DNA of 64,000 bases, taken from positions 64,001 through 128,000 of the IMG/VR virus record IMGVR_UViG_3300027861_000001; one strand, given 5' to 3'. Below the pieces are notes generated by a model. The model had not been told where the DNA came from. It worked only from the letters and a program-made list of their open reading frames with translations, and did no database searches. The DNA comes from a virus. Made by a program: the position numbers and the translations under genes. Shown piece after piece: positions 52,594 to 63,195 of this stretch (position 1 is its first letter; the number at the start of each line of letters is the position of its first letter).

Positions 52594-52613
52594 TGTTTAC
52601 TCCTATCCTTTCC

Positions 52614-53096
52614 TTATTCCCAATCTTTTGTTTGCCCATAAAGGCGACCATAAGCTGGTCTTGCCAATTTTTTAGGTAATAACATGTTTAATTCATCTAC
52701 ATCGTCTTGAAGAGCCGAAGATCGCTGCTTAGCAGACTCAATATTAGAATAAGATATTTCTTCATCTCTCCAACTCACAGCCGAACTAACCGACGAAAAC
52801 TTCGAACCGCTTTTTATCATAATAGCAGCTTGAAGAACAATTGGTCTATTGTCTTGTCTTTGTATTACTGGTGGAGAAGAAAAATCAAAAGTAACTCCTG
52901 TCCCTGTATTTCGCAAAGCTACTCCATCATTATCAAGATAATATCTGTTAGACCATCTTGGCATTAGCGCATTTACTGCGTGTCTTAAGATATTATGCAA
53001 TAACTCATCAGTATACGTATACGGTTCAGTAGTATCACCTATGTGAACTCTAAGAGGTATCAAAATTTCCTCAAGATTTGATTGTGTAAAAGTCAT
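52614..53096 (-). CDS. Head-tail adaptor-like protein
   Basis: LRVHIGD...YTDE..; SWRDEEISYS; position after the capsid gene. Confidence 0.6.
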   Translation of the reverse strand: MTFTQSNLEEILIPLRVHIGDTTEPYTYTDELLHNILRHAVNALMPRWSNRYYLDNDGVALRNTGTGVTFDFSSPPVIQRQDNRPIVLQAAIMIKSGSKFSSVSSAVSWRDEEISYSNIESAKQRSSALQDDVDELNMLLPKKLARPAYGRLYGQTKDWE

Positions 53097-53371
53097 TATA
53101 TTGTGCCCTTAACCTCAATATATTTTCTATCTCGCTTAGTTTCAGTCCCAAGAACATAATCAACATCAGCTATGTACCCACCTGTTGTGGTAGGTGCCCA
53201 TAAGAAATAAGCATAAACACCAGAAACTGTAGCTTGTCCACTAGTAACCACATCCTCAGTTGCAATATCATAAATAGTATAAACAGCTGATGATGGATTA
53301 GTTACTGAAGAAACCTCTGCCGAATCAGCAGAAGTTACGACAAACCTAGTTTCACCTACATACCATATCAT
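53096..53371 (-). CDS. Small beta-rich (Ig-like) virion protein
   Basis: YVGET...W.PTTTG.Y. Confidence 0.55.
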   Translation of the reverse strand: MIWYVGETRFVVTSADSAEVSSVTNPSSAVYTIYDIATEDVVTSGQATVSGVYAYFLWAPTTTGGYIADVDYVLGTETKRDRKYIEVKGTI

Positions 53372-53390
53372 ACTGACACCTACCTACAAA

Positions 53391-53903
53391 TTATATTGTT
53401 TTTACAGAGGTTGTACCATCGTCTACTGAGGTAACACCTGTAATATCACCACGCTCCTTTTCCTCAAGGTTTTCGGCTGCTTTTCTTATAAAAGTAACAG
53501 TTTTAATTGCTTTATTATCTTCTTCAGCAAGCACCAACAGTCTCCTAATTGGTGTTGATGAAGTGAACTCACCCACACTCTTTTTCATTTTTGGGTAAGG
53601 TTGTTTCAAAAGGTCTTTCAAGAAACCATCGCTAACGGCATTTGTCTCATCAATCTCAACGTTATGTGTTTCTAATTGCATTAAATACCCGTTCTTAATA
53701 GCTCCTTTGTTTTTCTTCATGAAGAACTTTTCACCTTCCTCATCAAATATCTCCAATGTAATATCATCAATATCTGTTTCAGAATTATTTGGATCACCTT
53801 TTAAAATATATTCGTCAAGGTCACCTCTTTTGGTTAAGCAAAGTCCACTAACTGCCCCTTTGACTACTTTCCGATAAAATATCGGATACGTCTTATCGTT
53901 CAT
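53391..53903 (-). CDS. Hypothetical head-module protein
   Basis: Start trimmed to MNDKT (AAGGAG RBS). Confidence 0.7.
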   Translation of the reverse strand: MNDKTYPIFYRKVVKGAVSGLCLTKRGDLDEYILKGDPNNSETDIDDITLEIFDEEGEKFFMKKNKGAIKNGYLMQLETHNVEIDETNAVSDGFLKDLLKQPYPKMKKSVGEFTSSTPIRRLLVLAEEDNKAIKTVTFIRKAAENLEEKERGDITGVTSVDDGTTSVKTI

Positions 53904-53991
53904 TTTATTTTCTCCTTTTAACTTTATTTTACATCGAAATTTTAATCCTCTCACTCTTCCGATGTGTTAGATTTATATAATCTAACGTTTT

Positions 53992-54018
53992 AAAGGGGAG
54001 GAGAGTTACTCCTCCCCT
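53992..54018 (-). terminator. Terminator-like hairpin after the major capsid gene
   Basis: AGGGGAGGAG-TAACT-CTCCTCCCCT then TT. Confidence 0.6.
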
Positions 54019-54024
54019 GAAAAA

Positions 54025-54957
54025 TTAGGCATCAGTTCTTATAATTACGATGTTGTCCATACCATCAAGAATCATACCAAACTGTTGATATATTCTTATA
54101 TGCCATGTTGGAGGAGCAGTAGCCATTTCTGTCCACTGATCTTCTCTAACATCACCATAAGTTATAAACTCACCAACGTTGTCTCCAATAACGCAAATCA
54201 TATCGTCTTGTATTAACTTGTTTCTATCATATACGTTATCATAAATTTGCTCTAAAGCTACAAAGTTTGCACCATAGTAACCCCCAAACCAACCAGTTCT
54301 TCGAATTTCTTCTAAAGCTGATGGTACTGGAAGAGCACAAGTAGGTGAAGCAATGTCAGCAGTTATTGGTAATCTATACCCAGCAAACTTAGTAATAGGA
54401 GCCAAGGCTGTTCTTCTACCAACTACGCTGCGAACACCGCCTGATACGTCAGCTATCTGATCGATAGCGTCTTCCAGAGCAGTTCGTGTTAGCGAGCTTG
54501 CGTAATAGAAATTGACTGAGTCATTGATTGTTGCCAATGTATACAATGCACCTACTACTTTTGCTACATAGAAATCAGAAAGTTTAGCCATCATCTCTGC
54601 ACGAATTGAATCGACTGTACCAATCTCTCCAGACTCTACTTCCCACTCATTATGGGAAACTTCTGCATATGCTTGATCTAAGTTCCAAGTCACATTATCT
54701 TTGATTGTGATTTGACTTGCCAGTGTGTTCTGACCAGGAACCAACTGACGAACCTCGATACCTCTTCGAACTTTCTTCACTAAAGCATCACCAGGTTTCA
54801 ATGATCGTGTATTTAAAAACATTCCTACCACATCTCTCGATACGTGGTTAGGATCGATATATTCCACAATCAACTCTGCCAAAGCTCGTCTATCGGTCTT
54901 AGCAACTTCGGCATAAGCTTCTTTAAATTTCTCCTGTTCCATTTTTTCACTCTCCAT
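54025..54957 (-). CDS. Major capsid protein (HK97-like, putative)
   Basis: 310 aa after protease/scaffold/decoration; LEEIRRTGWFGGYYG; followed by a terminator. Confidence 0.75.
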   Translation of the reverse strand: MESEKMEQEKFKEAYAEVAKTDRRALAELIVEYIDPNHVSRDVVGMFLNTRSLKPGDALVKKVRRGIEVRQLVPGQNTLASQITIKDNVTWNLDQAYAEVSHNEWEVESGEIGTVDSIRAEMMAKLSDFYVAKVVGALYTLATINDSVNFYYASSLTRTALEDAIDQIADVSGGVRSVVGRRTALAPITKFAGYRLPITADIASPTCALPVPSALEEIRRTGWFGGYYGANFVALEQIYDNVYDRNKLIQDDMICVIGDNVGEFITYGDVREDQWTEMATAPPTWHIRIYQQFGMILDGMDNIVIIRTDA

Positions 54958-54996
54958 GTAGGGAGGGTTTTACCCCTCCCCACAAGTTAATTAAAT

Positions 54997-55557
54997 TTAT
55001 TGACCAGTTTTAACGGTCAGTGTGGCGTTAGCTTGACTATACTCAAAAACAACACCAGTTTTCTCTGACGCTGTGGCTGTGTATGCCCACTTTCCACCTG
55101 CTTCGCATGTCACATAATTACCAACTGCTAAGTTATCGCTATAAGTAAAGCAACCAGATGTAACAGCATAAATACCATCATCATAAGCTAGCATCAAAGC
55201 ACCAGAAACGATTGTTTCCTCTTCTTTCAAGCGAGGTACAACCATTCTTAGTGTAACGTCAGCAGGAAGGTTCTCACTCCCCTCAATAAAACCACGTAAT
55301 GTATACGGTTGAGAAGTTGTATTACCAGTTTCATCAAGCGTAGGAAGGGTTTCATATAGCGGAGGTTTTTCGTTGTAAACTCTGAAAGCTGCCACGAAAT
55401 GAGCATCGGTGTCTGCACCAGCAGTAGGAAGCAAAGCACCTTGAACTACGTCAGGCGAAGATTTTCCAAGGGCTGGTGTAAGTTTTACAGCGAGTCCTGC
55501 TACTATTGCTTGTTGTGCAACGCATGGGATAGCTGTTCCCTGTAATTTGATTTCCAT
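54997..55557 (-). CDS. Capsid decoration / cement protein
   Basis: Position between scaffold and capsid; beta-rich. Confidence 0.6.
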   Translation of the reverse strand: MEIKLQGTAIPCVAQQAIVAGLAVKLTPALGKSSPDVVQGALLPTAGADTDAHFVAAFRVYNEKPPLYETLPTLDETGNTTSQPYTLRGFIEGSENLPADVTLRMVVPRLKEEETIVSGALMLAYDDGIYAVTSGCFTYSDNLAVGNYVTCEAGGKWAYTATASEKTGVVFEYSQANATLTVKTGQ

Positions 55558-55592
55558 ATTTTCTTACCTCATATTAGTTGTTGACAACTAAT

Positions 55593-56240
55593 TTATTTTT
55601 CTTCTTTATGTTCTTGCAGTCCCTTTCTCAACCTATCAGTAGCGGTTCCTTCTTCATCAGAGCTGTCTGACTTGATTGGGGGAACTGTTATACTCGCCGA
55701 TGCGCTTGCACCTTCTTTTTTCATCTCACTCATTTTATTTAAAGTGAATTCGAATACCTCATCGGACATGGCAAGCCAGTTATCGTCACTTTCGAGATCA
55801 ATATCAAGCTCTGCCTCCTCGACCTTTTGTTTTCTAGCAGCTAGAGTAGCTACCCTCTTATCTTGCTCCTCTTTCATTGCTTCAATTGTTTCTTTGTATG
55901 TTTGAAGCTCCTTTACTGTTTCTTCGATTGCTACTTTTTCAGTTGTTACTGCTTCTGTTTGAGATACTTGAGCCTGAAGTTCACCCACTTTTTCGTCTAA
56001 TTTGGCAACCGTAGACTCAAGTTTTGCTTTTGTTTCAGTCAATTCATCTCGCAGCACTTGAATTTCTTTCTCGTCCATATTTTTTACCTCTTCTTTAGCT
56101 TTTGCCTGTTCAGGGTCAAGCTCTTCTTCTATATTTTCTATCCTTTCCTCTGCTTCTGCTACAGCTAATTGGTTTCGTTCACTGAGAATCCCCCGAACTT
56201 CTTGTAATAAAAACTCAGTGTACTTCTTATTCGTCATCAT
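55593..56240 (-). CDS. Scaffold-like coiled-coil protein
   Basis: E/K-rich helical protein; position. Confidence 0.65.
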   Translation of the reverse strand: MMTNKKYTEFLLQEVRGILSERNQLAVAEAEERIENIEEELDPEQAKAKEEVKNMDEKEIQVLRDELTETKAKLESTVAKLDEKVGELQAQVSQTEAVTTEKVAIEETVKELQTYKETIEAMKEEQDKRVATLAARKQKVEEAELDIDLESDDNWLAMSDEVFEFTLNKMSEMKKEGASASASITVPPIKSDSSDEEGTATDRLRKGLQEHKEEK

Positions 56241-56835
56241 GATTAGCCACCTCTTCTGCTAACGCAAGTTCAAGCTCTTTCAACTCTTTTGTAGGTAAAC
56301 ACTTCAACCATGTTGAACTGATTGTAAGAAGAGAAGTTCGACCCTCATAAGCAGGGTCTTGAACAGCTGTAATTGCTTTCGTAGTGGTATCTTTAAGCCA
56401 TTCTACATCATCAGCTACTTCAGCTTCTCGGTAACGAATCTCCCAAGAAAAGTCTATTGCTCTTCCTTCGTTAACTTCGCTTTTAAAGTAGTCTATAATG
56501 TTAGGATACTCGTCTTTGTATAAAGCACCCTGAGCCACAAGCTTATTTCCGTCTCTTACTCCGTTTTTTATTAATCCAATAATGGTAGCATCAGCATGAC
56601 CACCTAATCCAGCCTCTGAATCGAAATTCGCTTTAATCGGCATGAACTTCATTGACCTTAACAAATTATCAAATTCGTCTTGGCTTATACCTTGGCTATT
56701 GGCGTTTGGTTGATCATCAGTAAAAACTAGCTCTACTGGACTTAATAAGGGATTAGTATACTCATCCCCAAGTTCAGCTGCTGCTGCTTTATCTAAAAAA
56801 TTTAAACTTAAATTAAATTTGGCTTCTTTATCCAT
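56227..56835 (-). CDS. Prohead maturation protease
   Basis: PNAN, GGH, FSWE, VQDPAY motifs. Confidence 0.7.
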   Translation of the reverse strand: MDKEAKFNLSLNFLDKAAAAELGDEYTNPLLSPVELVFTDDQPNANSQGISQDEFDNLLRSMKFMPIKANFDSEAGLGGHADATIIGLIKNGVRDGNKLVAQGALYKDEYPNIIDYFKSEVNEGRAIDFSWEIRYREAEVADDVEWLKDTTTKAITAVQDPAYEGRTSLLTISSTWLKCLPTKELKELELALAEEVANHDDE

Positions 56836-56948
56836 CGTACATCCTCCATCGACCAAGTCACAGATTTGCTAAACTAGCACATACTATCCCTCTAGTATAT
56901 ATAGTACATGTTCTGCCCCATAACGTCGCATTTTACGTACGTTGCATA

Positions 56949-57410
56949 CTATACAGTTTTATACCCTCTAGTTATTATCCTCGTATCTTTCTTAGCTTCG
57001 GTTACTTCTTTCCAGTCTTCTACTTTTGTAACTTTAACTGAATTGCTCCAATCAAATGTAACAGCATCTTCTGTCATTTGATAAGGTACTTTGAAGTAAT
57101 CATTTCCTTTGCTTATAATTACGTGTGTTTCAAAAACATCAGATATCCACATAGATGAGGTTAATTCTGGTTGTGGACGATTACTATCAAGTGCATCGTA
57201 TATCTTCCTCTCAATCTCTCTAAGACTGGTTTCACTTATAGCCTCGCTAGTACCTTTCTTTGAAAGTTGTACTTTGCAAATTGCTACTTTCTCTCCTTTA
57301 GTATAAGGTTTACCAGTACGTTTACTTTTTCCGCTTATACCACTAACGCACTTCTCCATCCACGTATTGTTTTTAGGTGTATCTAAATTTTTAGGTAATC
57401 CATAAGGCAT
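56949..57410 (-). CDS. Head-module protein
   Basis: MPYG...MEKCV...VAIC; WISDVFETHVI...YFKVPY. Confidence 0.65.
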   Translation of the reverse strand: MPYGLPKNLDTPKNNTWMEKCVSGISGKSKRTGKPYTKGEKVAICKVQLSKKGTSEAISETSLREIERKIYDALDSNRPQPELTSSMWISDVFETHVIISKGNDYFKVPYQMTEDAVTFDWSNSVKVTKVEDWKEVTEAKKDTRIITRGYKTV

Positions 57411-57411
57411 A

Positions 57412-58326
57412 TTATTCTCCTCCGACTAGCCTCCAAAAGGCAATTATTTTTTCCTCGTCGTCCCTTGTTTCTATATTAAGTGTTGGGTACAATACCACCT
57501 CGTTACCTAATGCTGCACTATTGTCATTAAACGGTAGTGTGTAAGCCTCTTGACCAAAGTCACCACCCCACTTCGCCAAATAAAATTCTCTGTTTTTCCT
57601 AAAGTATCCATGATGTTTATTTGTGTCTATTTGCTGTTCATGTATTGTCCTGCTCCAGAAATGAAAATACCACGAATTGCCTGAAGTACATGATTTTATG
57701 TCTCCTGAGTTTACTGCTCTTCGACAATAATCATTATCCGAGTAGTATGCGGGATAAAAGTTAACATCAATATACCCCAACTTCTCCATTACAGACTTCT
57801 TATACAGTGTAAAATTGTGAACATCACCCATCGGTACTGGTTGTATGTCTACTTCTTCAGAGTGTTGATCAAACTTTTCCCAACACCTGTGATCTAAAGA
57901 AAGCGGACTGAAGCTATGCTCTGCAAAATATTGGTTACACTCAGGATAAGTAATACATAAATCTCTAACATCTACTTGCTTGGCACATACCCACTCATAA
58001 CCAGCGTCAGAAATTTCTATCATAGAAGCTATAGCATAAGGATAAACAATAGTATCGTTACCCATAACTATTAAATTTTCATAGTCGTTCTCTTTCCATG
58101 CAAAATCGTACATATCATTTATTGAGTATGGAAATCCCTTATTATACTCATGAACTACGTAACTTAATCCGTTTTGTTCGGCATAATCTATAGTCTCAAC
58201 ATCTGTATTTTTTCCTATTACCAAGAAAACATCACACGCATCTGATGTTTCAAATACTGACTCTACTGCTAGTTTAGTAAAAGGAAAGTTACCAAACGCA
58301 GCTATCCCTACCAGCGTATTACGCAT
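57412..58326 (-). CDS. GT-A (GT2-like) glycosyltransferase
   Basis: NKGF..SIN, GND, GYIDVNFYPAYYSDNDY, FHFWS. Confidence 0.85.
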   Translation of the reverse strand: MRNTLVGIAAFGNFPFTKLAVESVFETSDACDVFLVIGKNTDVETIDYAEQNGLSYVVHEYNKGFPYSINDMYDFAWKENDYENLIVMGNDTIVYPYAIASMIEISDAGYEWVCAKQVDVRDLCITYPECNQYFAEHSFSPLSLDHRCWEKFDQHSEEVDIQPVPMGDVHNFTLYKKSVMEKLGYIDVNFYPAYYSDNDYCRRAVNSGDIKSCTSGNSWYFHFWSRTIHEQQIDTNKHHGYFRKNREFYLAKWGGDFGQEAYTLPFNDNSAALGNEVVLYPTLNIETRDDEEKIIAFWRLVGGE

Positions 58327-59188
58327 AAATCTTCTCCATCTGTTCTTTTATATCAGAAAAAACTAGTTGTAACTCAGTATTAGGAGACCAAACTTTGTTA
58401 GCAGGAAGTGTATTTACATACACGAAATGAGAGGCTATCCTCTTGTATGTAAAAGACATTATTGTTTTTGTCTCATCCATCCAAGTATCATAGTTCTGGC
58501 AAAATACCTGCGGACCTGAGTTTCTCCCTATTATAAGCTTACAACTTTTTCCTAAATAAGCTATTTCATTTAAATCAAACATTCCTTTATTTATTATATC
58601 ACTAGTTGTGAACAGGTTGTCCTTTTCAAAATCCACTCCCTGCGTAACCACAAAAGTTATGTCTTTGTACTCATCACACAGCAAAGAAACTACTGCGTTT
58701 AAGTCAAAGTTCTCAGCTTGACATGATTGTACTGGACCGTTCGATATAAGAACAATTTTTTCCCTGTCTTTTACAAACTTGTCTATAGTATCTGTTTTAT
58801 AGTATTCAAAGTTAATTTTTGGTATGTAGTCATGCGGTTGATTAGGAAGAGTACCCAACCCCAAAACACTCAACATATCACTATGCATCTCATATAATTT
58901 CTCTACAACACAACCTATTCCTGGTAAAACATATCTACCATCCCTACCTATCCAAGTATTTATGTAAATCGTGTCTTTGTCTATAACAAACATAGCCATA
59001 GAGTGCATAATCTCTGTCACTTCGATTGATGTTATATTTGGTATATCTTTAATTATTTCTTTGTCTTTGCCGTGAGCATAGTAGAAAGAAGACGTTGGGA
59101 AGCACTTCATCCAGTACTTAACGAACTCTCTTGATTCATAAATATCTCCAGCCCCAAAATGATTATAAAAAACAACTTTATTCATCAC
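58319..59188 (-). CDS. Putative GT-B (GT9-like) glycosyltransferase
   Basis: GAGD...; LNEIAYL...LIIGRNSGP. Confidence 0.6.
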   Translation of the reverse strand: MMNKVVFYNHFGAGDIYESREFVKYWMKCFPTSSFYYAHGKDKEIIKDIPNITSIEVTEIMHSMAMFVIDKDTIYINTWIGRDGRYVLPGIGCVVEKLYEMHSDMLSVLGLGTLPNQPHDYIPKINFEYYKTDTIDKFVKDREKIVLISNGPVQSCQAENFDLNAVVSLLCDEYKDITFVVTQGVDFEKDNLFTTSDIINKGMFDLNEIAYLGKSCKLIIGRNSGPQVFCQNYDTWMDETKTIMSFTYKRIASHFVYVNTLPANKVWSPNTELQLVFSDIKEQMEKIYA

Positions 59189-59426
59189 TATATGTTTTGG
59201 ATGTAGGACTTATAGTTTCTTCACCCAACCTTTTATCTATTGCTCTAATTAGAGCATTTCTTTTTGCGTTTAGTTCTTGAGCTTGCTTCGCTGCTACACA
59301 TAATTCCTTATCACTAGCAGGGTTCATCACCACTTCCTGCGCCAGAAAGCACTTGATATCAACTGTACAAAGCTCGTCTAGGAGCATGCCGATGCTCTTA
59401 ACTTCAATTTCGATTTTATCTTCCAT
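59178..59426 (-). CDS. Small helical protein (DUF4254-like)
   Basis: SIGMLLDEL..VDIK...LNAKRNALIRAID. Confidence 0.65.
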   Translation of the reverse strand: MEDKIEIEVKSIGMLLDELCTVDIKCFLAQEVVMNPASDKELCVAAKQAQELNAKRNALIRAIDKRLGEETISPTSKTYSDE

Positions 59427-60387
59427 TATTTTGCACCTGTTCATTAATCCAAGCATATGTTTTATTCATACCATCAACTAGTAGAGCAGTTGGTCTCCAC
59501 CCTAACTTCTCTTCTATTAAAGCATTATCTGAGTTACGTCCTAATACACCTAACGGACCTAGAATGTTTTTAATTACCAAAGTCTTACCTGATATATCAA
59601 TAACCATCTTAGCTAAGTTGTTAATAGAAATCATCTCATCAGACCCAATGTTAACTGGCCCAGTGAAGTCAGAATCCATCAACCTACGAACAGCTTCAAG
59701 GCACTCATCAATATAAAGGAATGACCTTGTTTGTGTCCCATCACCCCAAACCTCAATAGTCCCTCCATCATTAGTTTGAGCTACTTTTCTACACATAGCT
59801 GCTGGAGCTTTTTCCCTTCCACCGTCCCAAGTACCTAAGATTCCAAATATATTATGAAACCTAGCAATTGCTACATTTAATCCGTAGTTCCTGTTATAAG
59901 CCAAATAAACCCTCTCACTGAACAACTTTTCCAACCCGTAGTCACTGTCTGGGTCAGCTGGATAAGCAGAGTCTTCCTTACAGTTAGGATTATCTGGGTC
60001 TAGTTGATTATATTGTGGATATACACAAGCCGAAGATGAAAAGAATACTTTTCCTACTTTAAACTCAGCACACAGCTTTGCTACGTTTAAATTTATCGTT
60101 GCTGAGTTATGTACGATGTCTGCATCGTTCTCACCGGTGAACACAAACCCAGCACCACCCATATCGGCTGCTAGTTGGTATACTTCGTCATATTCACCAC
60201 ATTCAAATGCTTTATAACAAGCATTAAGGTGCCTTAAATCCCCTATAAAAAATACATCGGCTTTAGTGTGTTCATATTCTGGATATTTTATATCAACACC
60301 GACAACAAAGTAATCTCTCTCCTTTAAATAGTTAACTAAGTGATGTCCTATGAAACCACCAGCTCCGCAAACTAATGCCTTTCTCAT
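59416..60387 (-). CDS. NAD-dependent epimerase, GDP-mannose 3,5-epimerase-like
   Basis: GAGGFIG, LAADMGG.GF, SSACVYP, YGLEK, GGREKAPAA. Confidence 0.9.
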   Translation of the reverse strand: MRKALVCGAGGFIGHHLVNYLKERDYFVVGVDIKYPEYEHTKADVFFIGDLRHLNACYKAFECGEYDEVYQLAADMGGAGFVFTGENDADIVHNSATINLNVAKLCAEFKVGKVFFSSSACVYPQYNQLDPDNPNCKEDSAYPADPDSDYGLEKLFSERVYLAYNRNYGLNVAIARFHNIFGILGTWDGGREKAPAAMCRKVAQTNDGGTIEVWGDGTQTRSFLYIDECLEAVRRLMDSDFTGPVNIGSDEMISINNLAKMVIDISGKTLVIKNILGPLGVLGRNSDNALIEEKLGWRPTALLVDGMNKTYAWINEQVQNNGR

Positions 60388-60396
60388 ATTTCCTCC

Positions 60397-61686
60397 TTAC
60401 ATTCCGTATAACAAATCTTTAGCAATATCCCAACGATATTCTTGTAGTTTATCCATCTGCTCGTCGGGGATGGGAATCTCTAACAGTATCTTAACTAACT
60501 CTATAGGAAGTTGATGTTTAACGGCAAAAAACCACCACTTATGCAACCTATCTATCTTTTCAGGGTCTGGAATCTTTAATTGCGTACCAGAGTAAAAAGT
60601 TTTAGCTTGAGTATCCTCCTCTATTATCCCAGTGTCTAAGCAATACTTCCACAAATCTGTTTTAGGAAACGGTTGAAATATTGCTGACCAAGAGTCAGTA
60701 GGATTTATTTTTATATTATATTCCAACGTTTCTAAAGCGTCGGCTAGCGGGTCATCAACTGGAAGACCTATCATATTTTGTAATCTAACCTTTATCCCTA
60801 ATTCATCACAATATCTACAGGCTGCTTCTACTTGTTCATTAGTAATGTTGCCTCTCCGCAAAAACTTTTGTGTAGTTGGGTTGGCTGATTCAAGTGCAAT
60901 ATTTAAAAAATCGCATCCTGTAATTGCCATATAGTTCAAAATATTGAAATCAACGCTGCTGGCTCTGATAGAACCGCAGTATGGAATATTTACCTCTTTT
61001 GCGTATATGTCACCGAACTCAAACAACCAATCCTTGCTGGCTGCCAAGTCGTCATCATTAAAGTATGTTAACTCTAACCCATATGTGTCTTTCACTTGTT
61101 TTATCTCATCAACCATTTTTCTAGGTGTTAGATGCTGCTTAAATTTATCTTTCTCATCTTTATACAAGCTTTTGAACAAATGATTAAAACAGTACTTACA
61201 GCTGTGTAGACAATATCTAGTAGCAATAAACCGTTTCATTCTTGCTTTGCCGAACTCGTCATACTTATACAACAGTGAACGATCTGGTGCTGGAAAGCTA
61301 TTAACGTCCGGTAGTGAACCTACAACTTGCCTAGGTAACTTACCACCAACTAAATCAAGAATGATGTTTTCACCTGGACCTTGAACCACATAATCAACAT
61401 AAGGATTATCTAATCCTTGCTCAGGGAAAAATGTAAAATGCGGACCTCCCATAACTGACTTGAACCTGTGTTCCTTTTTTAGTTCCATGTTCTTTTCTAG
61501 AAACCACTCATGATCACCAGTCATAACAGAGTACATTATGAAATCAGTTGGAAAGTAACTGTCTATAGACTCTACACCAACTTGGCAAAAATCAACTTTA
61601 TGCCCAGCTTCTTTTAATATGCTTGCTAAGTATAAAAAACCAATCTTATCAGTCCTTAGTTTGTCTTCAACAAATAATACTCTCAT
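60397..61686 (-). CDS. B12-binding radical SAM enzyme
   Basis: MGGPHFT, GPGE, CLHSCKYC (CxxxCxxC). Confidence 0.9.
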   Translation of the reverse strand: MRVLFVEDKLRTDKIGFLYLASILKEAGHKVDFCQVGVESIDSYFPTDFIMYSVMTGDHEWFLEKNMELKKEHRFKSVMGGPHFTFFPEQGLDNPYVDYVVQGPGENIILDLVGGKLPRQVVGSLPDVNSFPAPDRSLLYKYDEFGKARMKRFIATRYCLHSCKYCFNHLFKSLYKDEKDKFKQHLTPRKMVDEIKQVKDTYGLELTYFNDDDLAASKDWLFEFGDIYAKEVNIPYCGSIRASSVDFNILNYMAITGCDFLNIALESANPTTQKFLRRGNITNEQVEAACRYCDELGIKVRLQNMIGLPVDDPLADALETLEYNIKINPTDSWSAIFQPFPKTDLWKYCLDTGIIEEDTQAKTFYSGTQLKIPDPEKIDRLHKWWFFAVKHQLPIELVKILLEIPIPDEQMDKLQEYRWDIAKDLLYGM

Positions 61687-62600
61687 TAAAACACTCTTTG
61701 ATAACACTCAAACGCTTTCAACGCTTCTGGTGTTAAGTACTGCCTAAAGTTATCTATGTCTTCCAACATTGATTTGGTGTGCTTGTATCCAAAGATTTCT
61801 CTTTCAAGATTTACTATTAACGACTGCTCGTTTCTGTCTTGATAAACACTTGGTTTACAAAAAACAGGTCTAACACCACATAAATGTTGAACAACGTAAC
61901 CACCCCATATATCATCCATTCTTCCTACGTGTGGTAGCACCATATAGCTAGGAATAAGTTGCCTAGACAAAAAAGTATTCTGGCTATCGAATGGAGTAAT
62001 TTGCTCTGAAGTGTACGGTTCCGTACTATCAAACTTTACTAATGGACTATATATGAGCCTATATGTAGCATCAATGTCAGGATCACCGTCCCACAGGTCT
62101 GCCTGTATTTGTACCTTTGTGGTCTTTTTTCCTAGATATTTTGGATTCCTATCTTTTATATACTGTATTGGATAACCTCTATGCCACAGCTCAGGATACT
62201 TTGTAACACTTAATGGATCAAATACTCCAATATTGTCTTCGTAGTGATCAACCTCCAGCGTTTTTCCTATTAGTAAGTTTTCACCCCATCCATCATATGG
62301 CATATTGTCATCATCTATGGTAGCTACAACCTCTGCACCACGTTTATAAGCTTCTACAAATCCTATATTTCTACGCATAATGCAGTTCCAACCAATAGCA
62401 TCACTCAACTCAGGGTATTGTTCTTTCTGATAATCAGGATGCAAGTAAATCCAAGAGCCGTTCTCGTATGCTTCGTGAGGTGTTTTCAAATCACCTACGA
62501 TTATCATTTGCCAATTTAACATTTTTGAAAACTTCAATGTAGCTTCTGTAGGAGGTTGTATTGTAGTTGTTACTATAAATTTACGCACCTGTCTCCTCAT
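61686..62600 (-). CDS. STELLO/DUF288-like GT-A protein
   Basis: IVTTTI..PT, IVGDLKTP, RRNIG, IDDDN, DPDIDA, FDSQNT, RMDDIW. Confidence 0.75.
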   Translation of the reverse strand: MRRQVRKFIVTTTIQPPTEATLKFSKMLNWQMIIVGDLKTPHEAYENGSWIYLHPDYQKEQYPELSDAIGWNCIMRRNIGFVEAYKRGAEVVATIDDDNMPYDGWGENLLIGKTLEVDHYEDNIGVFDPLSVTKYPELWHRGYPIQYIKDRNPKYLGKKTTKVQIQADLWDGDPDIDATYRLIYSPLVKFDSTEPYTSEQITPFDSQNTFLSRQLIPSYMVLPHVGRMDDIWGGYVVQHLCGVRPVFCKPSVYQDRNEQSLIVNLEREIFGYKHTKSMLEDIDNFRQYLTPEALKAFECYQRVF

Positions 62601-63195
62601 GTTTATAAATTACAAGATTGATTTCGGTATCAAAGTAAACGGTATTGTTCTCAGCAAAAGAATTAATAAAGGTATTTACATCTGGACAATAACTATTAGC
62701 ATAATCATCCCAAATTACATAACCTCCAACACGAACCATTTTAATAGCATTCATACTGTCGCTTTGTATAACATCTAAAGTATGCCCACCGTCAACAAAC
62801 ACAATATCCATCTTATTATAAAACCGTTCAAAATTCAAACACATAGAGTTATCTTGTATAATCTCTATCTTGTTTAGTGTTCTTTTTGGTATACCAACTA
62901 ACAATTCCCTTCTTAACTCATCAGACATGTACAAATCTTCAAACTCAGAATGACTACCTACAGCGTCACTTGGCAAATCTAACGTATATATTTTTGCATC
63001 GTCTGGTAAGTTGACAGCAATATTAAGTGTAGTTCTTCCTCTAAAAGTACCAAACTCAAAAATATTTTCTGCTTGTGTCTGTTTAATAATACTTAAAAGC
63101 GCCGATAAAGCACCGTCTGGTAGGTCACCAAATACCCACCCCCCTAACAAGGACTTTGTGAATAGCTCTCTGTAATCTACAAACTCCACTGCCAC
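62581..63195 (-). CDS. Class I SAM-dependent methyltransferase
   Basis: FEFGTFRG, VFVDGGH, VIWDDY. Confidence 0.88.
   Translation of the reverse strand: MAVEFVDYRELFTKSLLGGWVFGDLPDGALSALLSIIKQTQAENIFEFGTFRGRTTLNIAVNLPDDAKIYTLDLPSDAVGSHSEFEDLYMSDELRRELLVGIPKRTLNKIEIIQDNSMCLNFERFYNKMDIVFVDGGHTLDVIQSDSMNAIKMVRVGGYVIWDDYANSYCPDVNTFINSFAENNTVYFDTEINLVIYKHEETGA

Noticed and set aside
51660-53990. Possible late-promoter motif AATTT(T/C)GA(A)TGTA before ORFs 51651 and 53903, and the palindrome at 53966-53986
   Set aside because: Only two loose copies in AT-rich DNA; not enough support.
54958-54982. GGGAGGG/CCCTCCC hairpin as an RBS-sequestering switch for the capsid gene
   Set aside because: A second Met (MEQEK, 54942) has its own unpaired GGAG, so the hairpin is more simply an mRNA stability element.
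534-61183. All plus-strand ORFs in the track
   Set aside because: They are antisense shadows of minus-strand genes or tRNAs, with no recognisable motifs or RBS.
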